Virus record (IMG/VR): IMGVR_UViG_2713896779_000022
Strand: one strand, 5' to 3'
DNA: 35,191 bases
From: a virus
Lineage: Duplodnaviria > Heunggongvirae > Uroviricota > Caudoviricetes
Shown: piece after piece, positions 26,182-34,246 of the stretch
Position numbering within the stretch: the stretch's first letter is position 1
How the letters are laid out: every line of letters starts with the position of its first letter
Notes under the pieces: model-generated
What the model was told of the DNA's origin: nothing
The model's database searches: none
Seen by the model: only the letters and a program-made list of their open reading frames with translations
Position numbers and translations under genes: made by a program

Positions 26182-28959
26182 TTTGTTTCCACTGGTCAGG
26201 CTACCCCGCAGCAGGTCTGCTTTGCGGTGGGCGCGTTCAGTGGTTTCACTGATTCTCTGTGCGTGCTCTGCGTCACGGATGGCGCGCAGCATGTCAGAAA
26301 GCACGGTAACGGGGGTGGGCATGGTGTTCTGGTCCTGCTGAAGTGTGGATACCAGACGTGCGGCGGCTTCGGGGTCTGATGCCCCCAGCTGTTCCAGATA
26401 GCTGGCGACCGGGTTATGGCGGATCTCCGTGCTGCTTACGCCGTGATTACGGCTCAGGCGCTGCCAGAGCTGCGTGATTTGGCTGTCCGGGCGGGTATCC
26501 GGTTTGCGTACAATTTCAAATCCCTGCGGTGCAATGATGCTGCCGTCAACGTACAGGCTGCCGCCCCGTAACAGGTGCTGCATCTGCTGTTCACCAATAT
26601 GCAGGCCGAGAGATTCAGCAGACTCCCGCCATTCTTTAGCGAGTAACTCGTGGTTATCAGGCAAAGGCTGTGGCTGTTTGCGGCTCTGTGTCCAGTTCTG
26701 CATTTCATCGCTGCTGTTTTTTGCCTGTTTGTCACGAAGCGAACGCATCAGCGCCCGGCGTTCGTGCCGTTTCAGTGAATGCATCCATTCGTTCACTTCA
26801 ACGCCGTCAGGAAGCTGCGGCCACGGTGCTGGCCGTTCTTCCGGCTGTTCTGTCCCGTTGTTGTCCGTTTCCTGTACACGGGGACAGTTATTGCCACGAG
26901 TCCAAGGGGCGGCAGGGCCGCCCTGAAGGTCAAAACCATTTTCGTGGGCGTTGTCTTCCGGTTCTGGTTTACGTCTTACCAGCTTCCAGTTATCCGGATG
27001 CGTGCACACACGGGAGGATTCCCCGATGAGTGGTGACCAGATCCCGTAAATCTGTACGCTCTGTTCGCCGTAATCGTTCAGCTCATCTGCGAGGTCGTAG
27101 GCGGTGCGAATCAGGTAGTCCTTGCGTGGAACAAGCACGCCACCCTGTTTTTCAATGTAGGTGGCAAAACACCCGGCATCGGCGGCAGCGAGTACCGCAT
27201 CCATTGCATCATCTTTCAGCCGTTGCGGGCCTTCCGGATTGCGTGCCATCTGGCTGGCAAGGCGGCGCAGTTCACGCCACACCTGACGGGAGGGGATGCC
27301 AAAGAACTGGAACTGACGGACCCGGTGAAGGCGCGCCCAGCCGATGGCGCGCTCCACGCTCTCGGCCATTGATTTACCTGTTTCGTGGTCAACGCGTGGC
27401 TTGCCCGTTTTCGGGTCGATGCCATCCACGGCGCGGCTGTCCAGGTTCTTTCCGATGTAGGTGGCGATGTAGCTGGTTGGCGTGCCTTTTGAGCCGTCGA
27501 CGTACTCCGCCTTAAAACGCGGAGTTATGTCATTGCCCTGCTCGTGGCGGTCTTCCTGAATGGCAATATCGCAGACGTGGGACACGATGGTTACAATCTC
27601 GTCAGGATGAGCAAAAACCATCATGTGCCAGTGCACCGTGCCGTCATGATGAGGCTCCACCGTGCGGATGCCATACCAGCGCAGGCCGTCGCGGTTCAGT
27701 TTTTTGCGGACCGCCGCAAAAAACGTGTTAACCAGGTAATCGCTGGAGTCGTGCATAGTGGCCCCGTTCCATTTGGGATTCGGATGACCGTTCTCCGTTG
27801 TTGCGTGGTATTTTGACGGGCAGGTGACAGTCAGAAACACCGCTCTGTCGCCACGGGCTTCGGCCAGAAGTTCCAGCCCCTTCATGGTGGCCATCATTTC
27901 TGCCTTACGGTGAACCGGGTTACTTACTCCCGCGTAATACACTGTCTCGAGATCAATCGTGAACCCGTCTTCATTTTCCAGCATGAAACTTTTCAGGAAA
28001 TCGCGTGTTTTCTCGCGCTGTGCGCGAAACTCGCTTAACGCGTCCTGGCTCAGATAGGGTGATGTTTTTCTGGAAACCAGACAGGCGGCGCGGAGTTGTT
28101 CTTCTCTCCACTCGCAACGTAACAGCCACAGTTTGCGTTTCCACCATTCCGCACAGGTCAGGCGAAGGATTGCGCCCGGCAGCAGCTCCGTGTCCGGTTC
28201 GTTCCTCCGGTCTTTGTCTGTTGTCAGTGCGTCATAATGTGGAGGCATGGCGTGCAGGTGTAACGCCATGCGGGCCAGCATCTGATACGCCTTCAGCGTT
28301 ACATCCATGGTCAGTTCGCCATCAGTCGCGCCAAAGCCATCGCAGAGTTTTTCGAAGGTGCTGCTGAACATCGCCGCCGTCATGGTGGCCAGCGTCTGTA
28401 TCTGGTGTTTGTTGAGCTGCGGCAGGTAAAGCAAATCGTCCAGGCGTTCGCGTCCGGCAAGGGAGCGATAACCCGGTGTCAGCCAGCGGTGATCGGTGCG
28501 GTCCAGACGTTCGAATATTTTGCGCAGGGTTCCGCGCGCGTAGCGTTCAGCCTGCCAGCTCTTTTTGCCTTTCTGGCGATCGGCTTCCTGTTTTTTGCGC
28601 AGGAAAGAGAGGTGGCGGCTCAGAGGTTCACGCAGATAAACGGGAAGCACCTTCAGTGTGGCAAAAGCACGGGCCACCGGGTCTTGTTCTGTTGCCTGAC
28701 GCTTGCTGATGATGCTTTGTGCCAGCTTTTCACGCTGTCCGGCTTCCTCAAGGGATGCCATGAGTTTTTTACCCACGGTGGATTGTGCGAAAAAGGCTTC
28801 CTCCTTCGCTTCCTGTTCTTCCAGAGCCTTTTTGTCTGCCTCAAGGTAGTAACGGATGGCGCGTTGCAGGTCGGTTTCAGTTTCCTGCCTGTGCTCCGTA
28901 AATCTGGCCGGATCAATGGCTGGCCGTGGTTCATTCCAGCTCCATGCAAACTCATTCAT
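26143..28959 (-). CDS. A: replication initiation protein A (rolling-circle endonuclease)
   Basis: Start at MNEFAWSW (ATGA overlap with upstream ORF); contains HUH-type motif TVHWHMMVF and catalytic Tyr pair in YIATYIGK; ~938 aa, longer than P2 gpA. Confidence 0.9.
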   Translation of the reverse strand: MNEFAWSWNEPRPAIDPARFTEHRQETETDLQRAIRYYLEADKKALEEQEAKEEAFFAQSTVGKKLMASLEEAGQREKLAQSIISKRQATEQDPVARAFATLKVLPVYLREPLSRHLSFLRKKQEADRQKGKKSWQAERYARGTLRKIFERLDRTDHRWLTPGYRSLAGRERLDDLLYLPQLNKHQIQTLATMTAAMFSSTFEKLCDGFGATDGELTMDVTLKAYQMLARMALHLHAMPPHYDALTTDKDRRNEPDTELLPGAILRLTCAEWWKRKLWLLRCEWREEQLRAACLVSRKTSPYLSQDALSEFRAQREKTRDFLKSFMLENEDGFTIDLETVYYAGVSNPVHRKAEMMATMKGLELLAEARGDRAVFLTVTCPSKYHATTENGHPNPKWNGATMHDSSDYLVNTFFAAVRKKLNRDGLRWYGIRTVEPHHDGTVHWHMMVFAHPDEIVTIVSHVCDIAIQEDRHEQGNDITPRFKAEYVDGSKGTPTSYIATYIGKNLDSRAVDGIDPKTGKPRVDHETGKSMAESVERAIGWARLHRVRQFQFFGIPSRQVWRELRRLASQMARNPEGPQRLKDDAMDAVLAAADAGCFATYIEKQGGVLVPRKDYLIRTAYDLADELNDYGEQSVQIYGIWSPLIGESSRVCTHPDNWKLVRRKPEPEDNAHENGFDLQGGPAAPWTRGNNCPRVQETDNNGTEQPEERPAPWPQLPDGVEVNEWMHSLKRHERRALMRSLRDKQAKNSSDEMQNWTQSRKQPQPLPDNHELLAKEWRESAESLGLHIGEQQMQHLLRGGSLYVDGSIIAPQGFEIVRKPDTRPDSQITQLWQRLSRNHGVSSTEIRHNPVASYLEQLGASDPEAAARLVSTLQQDQNTMPTPVTVLSDMLRAIRDAEHAQRISETTERAHRKADLLRGSLTSGNKKTDRNGIHKSRK

Positions 28960-29345
28960 GGCTGGTATCCCGTCACGCGCTGCCACTCCTGCGAGAAGAG
29001 GGCAGAAAGGCGGTTAAATTCAGCGGTGTATTCACTCAGCGAGGCACACCCGCCAGCAGTGCGATGCGCCAGCATTGCCGCAAATACGGAGGCCGGGGAG
29101 TCGTAATACGCCAGCAGTGATTCTCCGTGTGGTGTCAGGCAGTGCAACGCCAGCCCGTGTGGTGTGAAGTCCACGCGGTAGCAGTCGTCTACTGTGAAAT
29201 AAAGGGTGTCTGCATTCTCCGGTTTTGTGGTGCGTGCTCTGTTGTCACGACCACGGATGTAGAGATCAAATAATCCCTGAAGAACGGGAGCCAGACGGGT
29301 GTCCTGTGTGCGCACCCATCTTGTGAAGTCATGAGCGTCAATCAT
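28956..29345 (-). CDS. hypothetical early protein, translationally coupled to A
   Basis: 129-aa ORF whose stop overlaps the A start (ATGA). Confidence 0.6.
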   Translation of the reverse strand: MIDAHDFTRWVRTQDTRLAPVLQGLFDLYIRGRDNRARTTKPENADTLYFTVDDCYRVDFTPHGLALHCLTPHGESLLAYYDSPASVFAAMLAHRTAGGCASLSEYTAEFNRLSALFSQEWQRVTGYQP

Positions 29346-29417
29346 GCTGCAATTCTCTTTACTACAGATGTGCGAAGGCCTCCCGCCGCAAGGTGCAGGA
29401 AAGGCCCGGAACAGGAA

Positions 29418-29648
29418 TTAATGGAGTTTGTTTTGCTGCTGGAAGAGTTGTTGCAGCTCGCGCAGATCATCCGCCAGATAGCTGAAAACAGAGGCGGAAT
29501 AGATGTTCGATAGCGCGTGGCTGCGCTCATGCAGCATATTGATGTGCATGATTTGCGCGACGCGTGATGCGCGGAAAAGTCTACGGTTGATTTCAGTCTG
29601 GATGTGACGACGCGCAGCGTATGCGCGCTGTTGTTTGCGGTTTGCCAT
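29418..29648 (-). CDS. hypothetical small basic protein
   Basis: 76-aa ORF with RBS AAAGAGG 8 nt upstream of the ATG. Confidence 0.5.
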   Translation of the reverse strand: MANRKQQRAYAARRHIQTEINRRLFRASRVAQIMHINMLHERSHALSNIYSASVFSYLADDLRELQQLFQQQNKLH

Positions 29649-29823
29649 GGTGTGGCCTCTTTGCTCGGTGATAGAAATAGCTCACCATCCAGAGTTGAGA
29701 ATCTCGGGGTGGCGAGACGTACAGGGTTCTCAACACCGGAGAGCAAAGAATCCGGCCCGACCGAAGTCGGCCCCGTACGCCCCGCCATAATTCTGACGCG
29801 AAAAAGACGTGGCAATACAGTAC

Positions 29824-29848
29824 GCACAAAAAAACCGCTGGCGCGGTT
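29824..29848 (-). terminator. candidate intrinsic terminator inside the early region
   Basis: Minus strand: stem AACCGC / GCGGTT with 4-nt loop followed by TTTTTTT (plus-strand A-run 29828-29834). Confidence 0.4.
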
Positions 29849-29920
29849 ATGCGCTTTGCTCTGTATCGGGTTGAGAATCCCGGCACCCGTTTTATGAGGT
29901 GCAGCGGAAATGTAACCTGA

Positions 29921-29949
29921 CCGATTGCGGCATGGCAAGCGGTTTTTTT
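29921..29949 (+). terminator. candidate intrinsic terminator on the plus strand (antisense to the early operon)
   Basis: CCGATTGC-ggcatg-GCAAGCGG (one mismatch) followed by TTTTTTT at 29943-29949; no plus-strand protein gene ends here. Confidence 0.45.
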
Positions 29950-29970
29950 GTGTGTGCATGTTCTGGTTTC

Positions 29971-30270
29971 TTACTGGTTCAGAAAAAAATCAAAAACCTT
30001 GTCAATGCGTTGCAGCAGCTCTTGCTGCATTGCTTCCGGCGTTTCCGGTTCGCCAGGTGCCCCCAGCGTTGCGCAGAAATCAGCGATTTCATGATGGAGC
30101 GTCAGGCGAATGGCAGGAGCCGTGGTTTTGGCGTGCTCCAGCTGATCCAGCAGTGCCAGCACAGCAGACGGCGAGAGCATTGCGCGAAATGCCAGTAATT
30201 TTTGAGGAGTTGCCATTCGTTGCAGGGCAAATGCCAGTTCGCGTAGCTTCTGGTGGTTGGTGGTGCTCAT
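29971..30270 (-). CDS. hypothetical early protein
   Basis: 99-aa ORF, stop/start coupled with the neighbouring ORF. Confidence 0.55.
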   Translation of the reverse strand: MSTTNHQKLRELAFALQRMATPQKLLAFRAMLSPSAVLALLDQLEHAKTTAPAIRLTLHHEIADFCATLGAPGEPETPEAMQQELLQRIDKVFDFFLNQ

Positions 30271-30533
30271 GTTCTGGCTTCCTTCAGTAGCTGGTTAAAC
30301 ATGTGAGTAAGTGGATTGCTACACCCGAACGGCATCGGGTTTACGTGGTAAGAAGCCTGGCCTCCAGTTTTGCGAGCGCGACCACCTGTGCTGCGGTTTG
30401 TTCTGATGACTAAGCCGCCGCGCCAAAGTCGGCGTAACTCAGCATTAATAGCTGTGGTTGGGGTGTTCAGTGCTGCGGCGATTTCTCCGCCGCTACAACC
30501 CGGATGTGTAGTGATGTAGTCCAGAATGGTCAT
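30267..30533 (-). CDS. hypothetical early protein, possible winged-helix DNA-binding protein
   Basis: 88-aa ORF, translationally coupled to both neighbours. Confidence 0.55.
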   Translation of the reverse strand: MTILDYITTHPGCSGGEIAAALNTPTTAINAELRRLWRGGLVIRTNRSTGGRARKTGGQASYHVNPMPFGCSNPLTHMFNQLLKEART

Positions 30534-30733
30534 TTGCGTGGCTCCTGTACCTGTCGGATAAGATTCACCCGCGCCACGTTGGTGGCGCAGAAGTAAGTGC
30601 CGTCAGTGAGGTAGATGTGGTGTGCATCCTTTTCCGAACGATGTTTGTCGATAGTGGTAATCAGGCGTTCGTCGACCTCGTATTCGCGCCCTCTGGAGGT
30701 AAAGCGAATGACGGGAAAATGCTTAATTGCCAT
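30530..30733 (-). CDS. hypothetical early protein
   Basis: 67-aa ORF in the operon. Confidence 0.5.
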   Translation of the reverse strand: MAIKHFPVIRFTSRGREYEVDERLITTIDKHRSEKDAHHIYLTDGTYFCATNVARVNLIRQVQEPRK

Positions 30734-30756
30734 TGCGCCCCCTTTGTCCAGTAACC

Positions 30757-31131
30757 CTATGCGTTAAATACGGCACGTTGCGCGTCATCAATGAATACAG
30801 CTTGAGATCGTTCTATCAGGCGGAGATTTGTCAGAAGCTCTGACTCTTTTGTGTGGTAAGGCGTTATCAGGTATTTGCCGTGCAGTTCGGCAATAATGGT
30901 GTATTGCGTCATTATTGCCGAACCAAGAATGTAAATGCGGCGTCCAATGCTGGACGGATTCATGGCTGCAACTGTTGACTGTGTTTTAAGAGTGTCGATT
31001 TCTTTGCTCTGTTCCTCAATAATTTTGGCTGCTTCAGAGGTGGCTATTGCGATGGTCAGTGCGTAAAGCGCTGCCATATGTTGATTATCTTTCTGGGCTG
31101 CCCTGGACAGCTTGTCTTGCTCTGCTGACAC
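30757..31131 (-). CDS. hypothetical early protein
   Basis: 124-aa ORF; start uncertain (internal Met at MAALYALT; an alternative short frame with RBS GGAGAT begins at ~31178). Confidence 0.5.
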   Translation of the reverse strand: MSAEQDKLSRAAQKDNQHMAALYALTIAIATSEAAKIIEEQSKEIDTLKTQSTVAAMNPSSIGRRIYILGSAIMTQYTIIAELHGKYLITPYHTKESELLTNLRLIERSQAVFIDDAQRAVFNA

Positions 31132-31266
31132 TATTTTTAATGTATTGATAATATTTTTTTTCTTTTGCGTTCATTTTATATCTCCGTTATTTACGTGTGC
31201 GAATACCTCCGCGAATGCGGATAGTTTTCAGGTTTTCAGGTTTAATCTGGTGTTTTGTTTAAGCTG

Positions 31267-31380
31267 TTATTTGTCAGTGAAAAAGCGTTCAATCTTTTTT
31301 ACTGAATGAATAATTCGCATAATCCCAATGGCGCAGGCCACCGAAATAATCAGAACAAGCCATGAGATAAATATACTCAT
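31267..31380 (-). CDS. candidate small hydrophobic peptide (37 aa, single TM)
   Basis: MSIFISWLVLIISVACAIGIMRIIHSVKKIERFFTDK; ATG overlaps the stop of the upstream 80-aa ORF (ATGA); below the track cutoff; AT-rich. Confidence 0.3.
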   Translation of the reverse strand: MSIFISWLVLIISVACAIGIMRIIHSVKKIERFFTDK

Positions 31381-31619
31381 GCGATATTCCCCAGCTTATA
31401 CGGTTCAATGTGTTCCCCGCATTCTGCGGCACAGATCAGCTCGGAAAGTTCGTTCAGTGCATCCAGATCATCAGCGTAAAAAGCAACGTCATACAAACTC
31501 CGGATTGCCCTGGTCAATGAATCACGGGCTGCATGTTCAGCATGAGCGCCTGATGCACTTAAGCGAAAATAAAATCGTTCAAGTGCTTTGTTAATGAGAG
31601 TTTTATATTCTTTGCCCAT
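31377..31619 (-). CDS. hypothetical early protein
   Basis: 80-aa ORF. Confidence 0.5.
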   Translation of the reverse strand: MGKEYKTLINKALERFYFRLSASGAHAEHAARDSLTRAIRSLYDVAFYADDLDALNELSELICAAECGEHIEPYKLGNIA

Positions 31620-31630
31620 CGCAACGCCCT

Positions 31631-31909
31631 TTAATCTGCTTTCTGAATTTCAGCTTCTGAATCCATACAAATAATTTCGATATAGGGTTCATCGCCATTA
31701 ACCTGACGTGCCTTTTCAGCTTCGCTAATGATTTCTCGTACGGTCTGGTACGGAAGCTCCACAGTCAGGCGCGTACCGTTCAGATAAACGTAAGTAGCTG
31801 CGTTTTTTTCGGATGGAACAACTCCGTCAATGGCTGATGCGCGTAATAACAGTTCACCGCGAAAATAAATAAAACGGATAAATACACCTTGTGCATGCTC
31901 TTTGGTCAT
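31631..31909 (-). CDS. hypothetical early protein
   Basis: Track ORF 31631-31969 overlaps the upstream gene; internal Met at MTKEHAQG taken as start. Confidence 0.45.
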   Translation of the reverse strand: MTKEHAQGVFIRFIYFRGELLLRASAIDGVVPSEKNAATYVYLNGTRLTVELPYQTVREIISEAEKARQVNGDEPYIEIICMDSEAEIQKAD

Positions 31910-31919
31910 AAAGCACCTG

Positions 31920-32270
31920 TTATAAATCAGCCTGTTTAATAAAACTTTGCCCGCGAAGCAGACGATCAACCGTGCGAAGTGCTTCGTATAATGTGAAATC
32001 CTGCCCGAAGTGATTGTCGCCGCAGTTCAATGCAAAAATGCGGTTTCCGGTAAATGGATTGCGTGGGCATTTGTGGACCACGATTCCAGCTTTCTCAATC
32101 AGCCAGGCATGCTCGCCGATTTGTTTTACAGCGTGGCCATCCGGTGTTGCGTGCGTCTCGTTCAGGTTATAGCGACTGTTACTACGTGATGCACTGGTAG
32201 CGACGTGGTGTACATGGCGTTCTACGCCATTACGAAATTTGGAGTATGGATTATTAGCGTTTTTTTTCAT
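31920..32270 (-). CDS. hypothetical early protein
   Basis: 116-aa ORF. Confidence 0.5.
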   Translation of the reverse strand: MKKNANNPYSKFRNGVERHVHHVATSASRSNSRYNLNETHATPDGHAVKQIGEHAWLIEKAGIVVHKCPRNPFTGNRIFALNCGDNHFGQDFTLYEALRTVDRLLRGQSFIKQADL

Positions 32271-32291
32271 GATGGTGCTCTGTTCATTGTT

Positions 32292-32495
32292 TTAGCTGTT
32301 AGCCAAAGCGTCTTTTAACATCGCCACAAGGTTTACTTCAGGCTTTTCCATTTTGGCGCGTTTGGGGCGGATAATAATTCGACCGTCAGCCAACATCTTT
32401 TTGCATGTATTAAGAGGGATACCTGTTATCTCTGCATATTTCTGCAGGGATACATAGGGGGCATTCACATTGATATTGATGGTTATACCTGACAT
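32292..32495 (-). CDS. Cox/Apl-like small HTH regulator (putative excision/switch protein)
   Basis: 67 aa; segment YVSLQKYAEITGIPLNTCKKMLADGRIII matches the pattern of P2 Cox (YQEFAKLIGKSTGAVRRMIDKGKLPVI); second gene of the early operon. Confidence 0.55.
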   Translation of the reverse strand: MSGITININVNAPYVSLQKYAEITGIPLNTCKKMLADGRIIIRPKRAKMEKPEVNLVAMLKDALANS

Positions 32496-32511
32496 CCCAC
32501 TAGCCTCCTGA

Positions 32512-32718
32512 TCAGGAAGATTTGTTTTGTTCTTTCTGGGTTAGCTCTAGGCCGCGAAGGAAGATCATGCGCGCCATGTTAGAGGATGAGCGTTGTTCTT
32601 TAGCTGCCATTTCATCAATGACGGCTCGCTCCTCGAGGGACAGCCGAAGTGCCAGTCTTGGACCTGTGGCGGTGTTACGCGGAATGCGTGATCTGGTATC
32701 GTGAAGAACTTGTTTCAT
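32512..32718 (-). CDS. ribbon-helix-helix (CopG/Arc-type) DNA-binding protein; first gene of the early operon
   Basis: 68 aa; RHH signature LSLEERAVIDEMAAKEQRSSSNMARMIFLRGL; divergent from repressor C. Confidence 0.65.
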   Translation of the reverse strand: MKQVLHDTRSRIPRNTATGPRLALRLSLEERAVIDEMAAKEQRSSSNMARMIFLRGLELTQKEQNKSS

Positions 32719-32793
32719 AGTGGTATATTGTGATCATCTAATAGCTCGTGAAATCATTTTGGTATCAAAAAAGATACCTGTCAAGGTTTTTGT
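32719..32793. promoter_or_regulatory. immunity switch region (early/repressor promoters and operators)
   Basis: 75-bp gap between divergent RHH gene and C; direct repeats TGGTAT at 32721 and 32760; palindrome GGTATC-aaaaaa-GATACC at 32761-32778. Confidence 0.5.
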
Positions 32794-33198
32794 ATGAAAA
32801 ATGATATTGGTCAGCGGTTGCGTGAGGAAAGGGAAAGATTGGGACTTAGTCAAGTTGCCATGAGCGACATTGGTGGAGTCAAAAAGCTAACTCAGCTTAG
32901 ATATGAGAAAGGAGATAGCTTTCCTGATGCTGCGTATTTGGCAGCGCTGTCTCGTTTTGGCCTTGATGTTCAGTATGTTGTGTTGGGAATTCACTCACCT
33001 GAAACTTATAACGATGATGAGCAGGAGTTGATTACTCGCTTTCGAGCAGCTTCGTTAGATGTGAAAAACGCGGTGATTGGGGCTTTAAAAGGTGCGATCA
33101 GTGAAAAGGAAACTCAGCCATCAGGACGTGAGTTAAATATTTCTGGTGGTAATAACCGTATCGCTGGTCGTGACTATAACGAAACTAAGGGTAGGTGA
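32794..33198 (+). CDS. C: immunity repressor C (HTH_XRE family)
   Basis: N-terminal XRE-type HTH (IGQRLREERERLGLSQVAMSDIGGVKKLTQLRYEKG); position divergent from the early operon and upstream of int, as for P2 C. Confidence 0.8.
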   Translation: MKNDIGQRLREERERLGLSQVAMSDIGGVKKLTQLRYEKGDSFPDAAYLAALSRFGLDVQYVVLGIHSPETYNDDEQELITRFRAASLDVKNAVIGALKGAISEKETQPSGRELNISGGNNRIAGRDYNETKGR

Positions 33199-33213
33199 TA
33201 GTAGGGAGGTGAC

Positions 33214-33537
33214 ATGGCCGTCAACTCAAACGGTTCAAACAATCGCGTTGCTGGGCGTGATTTTCACGAAAAGAATATTCAGATAGAGCGATATGATGGT
33301 TCTCATACCGTCAATATCGCAATCCCTTCGAATAATGATGATGACGATCGCCCTTTGCTTAAGGCTCAGCGTAAGGAGCTAAATAGCTTGGTTGCTGCTA
33401 TTGCAGAAGCTAGCAATACTGAAGCGTTTATTATTTGGCAAAAAGTACATGCGGAGATTGGTGTAGCTGGTATTGATGATATGATAGTAAATCAATATAA
33501 AACAGCGGAGAGTTTTCTGCATGCAATGCTTGAGTGA
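33214..33537 (+). CDS. hypothetical lysogenic-operon protein sharing an N-terminal motif with the repressor tail
   Basis: 107-aa ORF with strong RBS GGGAGG; N-terminus SNGSNNRVAGRDFHEK repeats the repressor C-terminus SGGNNRIAGRDYNET; ends at TGA 33535-33537. Confidence 0.6.
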   Translation: MAVNSNGSNNRVAGRDFHEKNIQIERYDGSHTVNIAIPSNNDDDDRPLLKAQRKELNSLVAAIAEASNTEAFIIWQKVHAEIGVAGIDDMIVNQYKTAESFLHAMLE

Positions 33538-33864
33538 TGTAAAGATCATGATGCCTGTAAGGCTCTTGTAAGTTTATTACTACGTAACAGTGAAGACTGT
33601 GGACTTCGACAAAAACTTCTGCGGTATTGCCATATCAATTTCGGTACAGGACGTTTAAACGATCTTACTCGTTCTCAGTTACAGTCTGCATTGTCGTGGT
33701 TAGAGCAACAATCGGCATCAAGCCACACAGAGAGTTCGACCTTACCAGAAGTCCGACTTCGTGCTTCAGAATTAATCCGACTTTATCCAAAAGAAATAAT
33801 ATTCTTTATCTGCGTAGGGGTTTTGGTAGGCGGTGTCATTTCTAGGGCGTTTTTTAATTTGTAA
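33538..33864 (+). other. in-frame continuation of the preceding ORF beyond a single TGA, encoding a C-terminal transmembrane segment
   Basis: 108 sense codons in the same frame as 33214-33537, no ATG, ending ...LYPKEIIFFICVGVLVGGVISRAFFNL*; either the broken 3' half of one gene or readthrough extension. Confidence 0.35.
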
Positions 33865-33893
33865 TCTTACTTGAGCTAAATTGAGGTAATGAT

Positions 33894-34241
33894 ATGAAAG
33901 TAAAAAATGTTCAACTATTAGTTACTTTTTTATCTATGTTTTCTTTTTCCGCCGTCGCAATGCCTTTTAAAACTATTGAACGTGAGAGTTTTAATGGGGT
34001 ATGGCCATTTAATACTGATGAGGTTCAATTACAGTGTCTTGATGGTAATCCTTATGTGATGAATTTTGACGATAATAAGTTATATGCACTTACAGGTTTG
34101 GCTCGAATAAAAGGTAAAACATTTGGTGCGTTACCGTTAGATAACAATAATCCATTTTGGCTAGATAATGATGCCGCCCCAGGGTTAAAAAAGAGTCTGG
34201 GGGATGTCACTAAGGCTGCATTTGATTTATGTGATAAGTAA
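33894..34241 (+). CDS. small secreted/periplasmic protein of unknown function (cargo gene)
   Basis: 115 aa with Sec-type signal peptide (MKVKNVQLLVTFLSMFSFSAVA) and two Cys; AT-rich; between C and int. Confidence 0.65.
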   Translation: MKVKNVQLLVTFLSMFSFSAVAMPFKTIERESFNGVWPFNTDEVQLQCLDGNPYVMNFDDNKLYALTGLARIKGKTFGALPLDNNNPFWLDNDAAPGLKKSLGDVTKAAFDLCDK

Positions 34242-34246
34242 CTAAA

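Noticed and set aside
28405-29106. 233-aa plus-strand ORF overlapping gene A
   Set aside because: Antisense to the replication initiator; no start context or domain; gene A on the minus strand explains the region.
29706-29785. Possible tRNA ending in ...CCCCGCCA
   Set aside because: A manual cloverleaf attempt fails: the acceptor stem needs a mismatch and the would-be T-arm is a 5-bp stem with a 4-nt loop rather than a 7-nt T-loop.
29342-29959. 205-aa minus-strand ORF spanning the structured non-coding island
   Set aside because: Low-complexity Ser/Arg-rich translation that overlaps a better-supported 76-aa ORF in another frame and runs through terminator hairpins; more likely non-coding.
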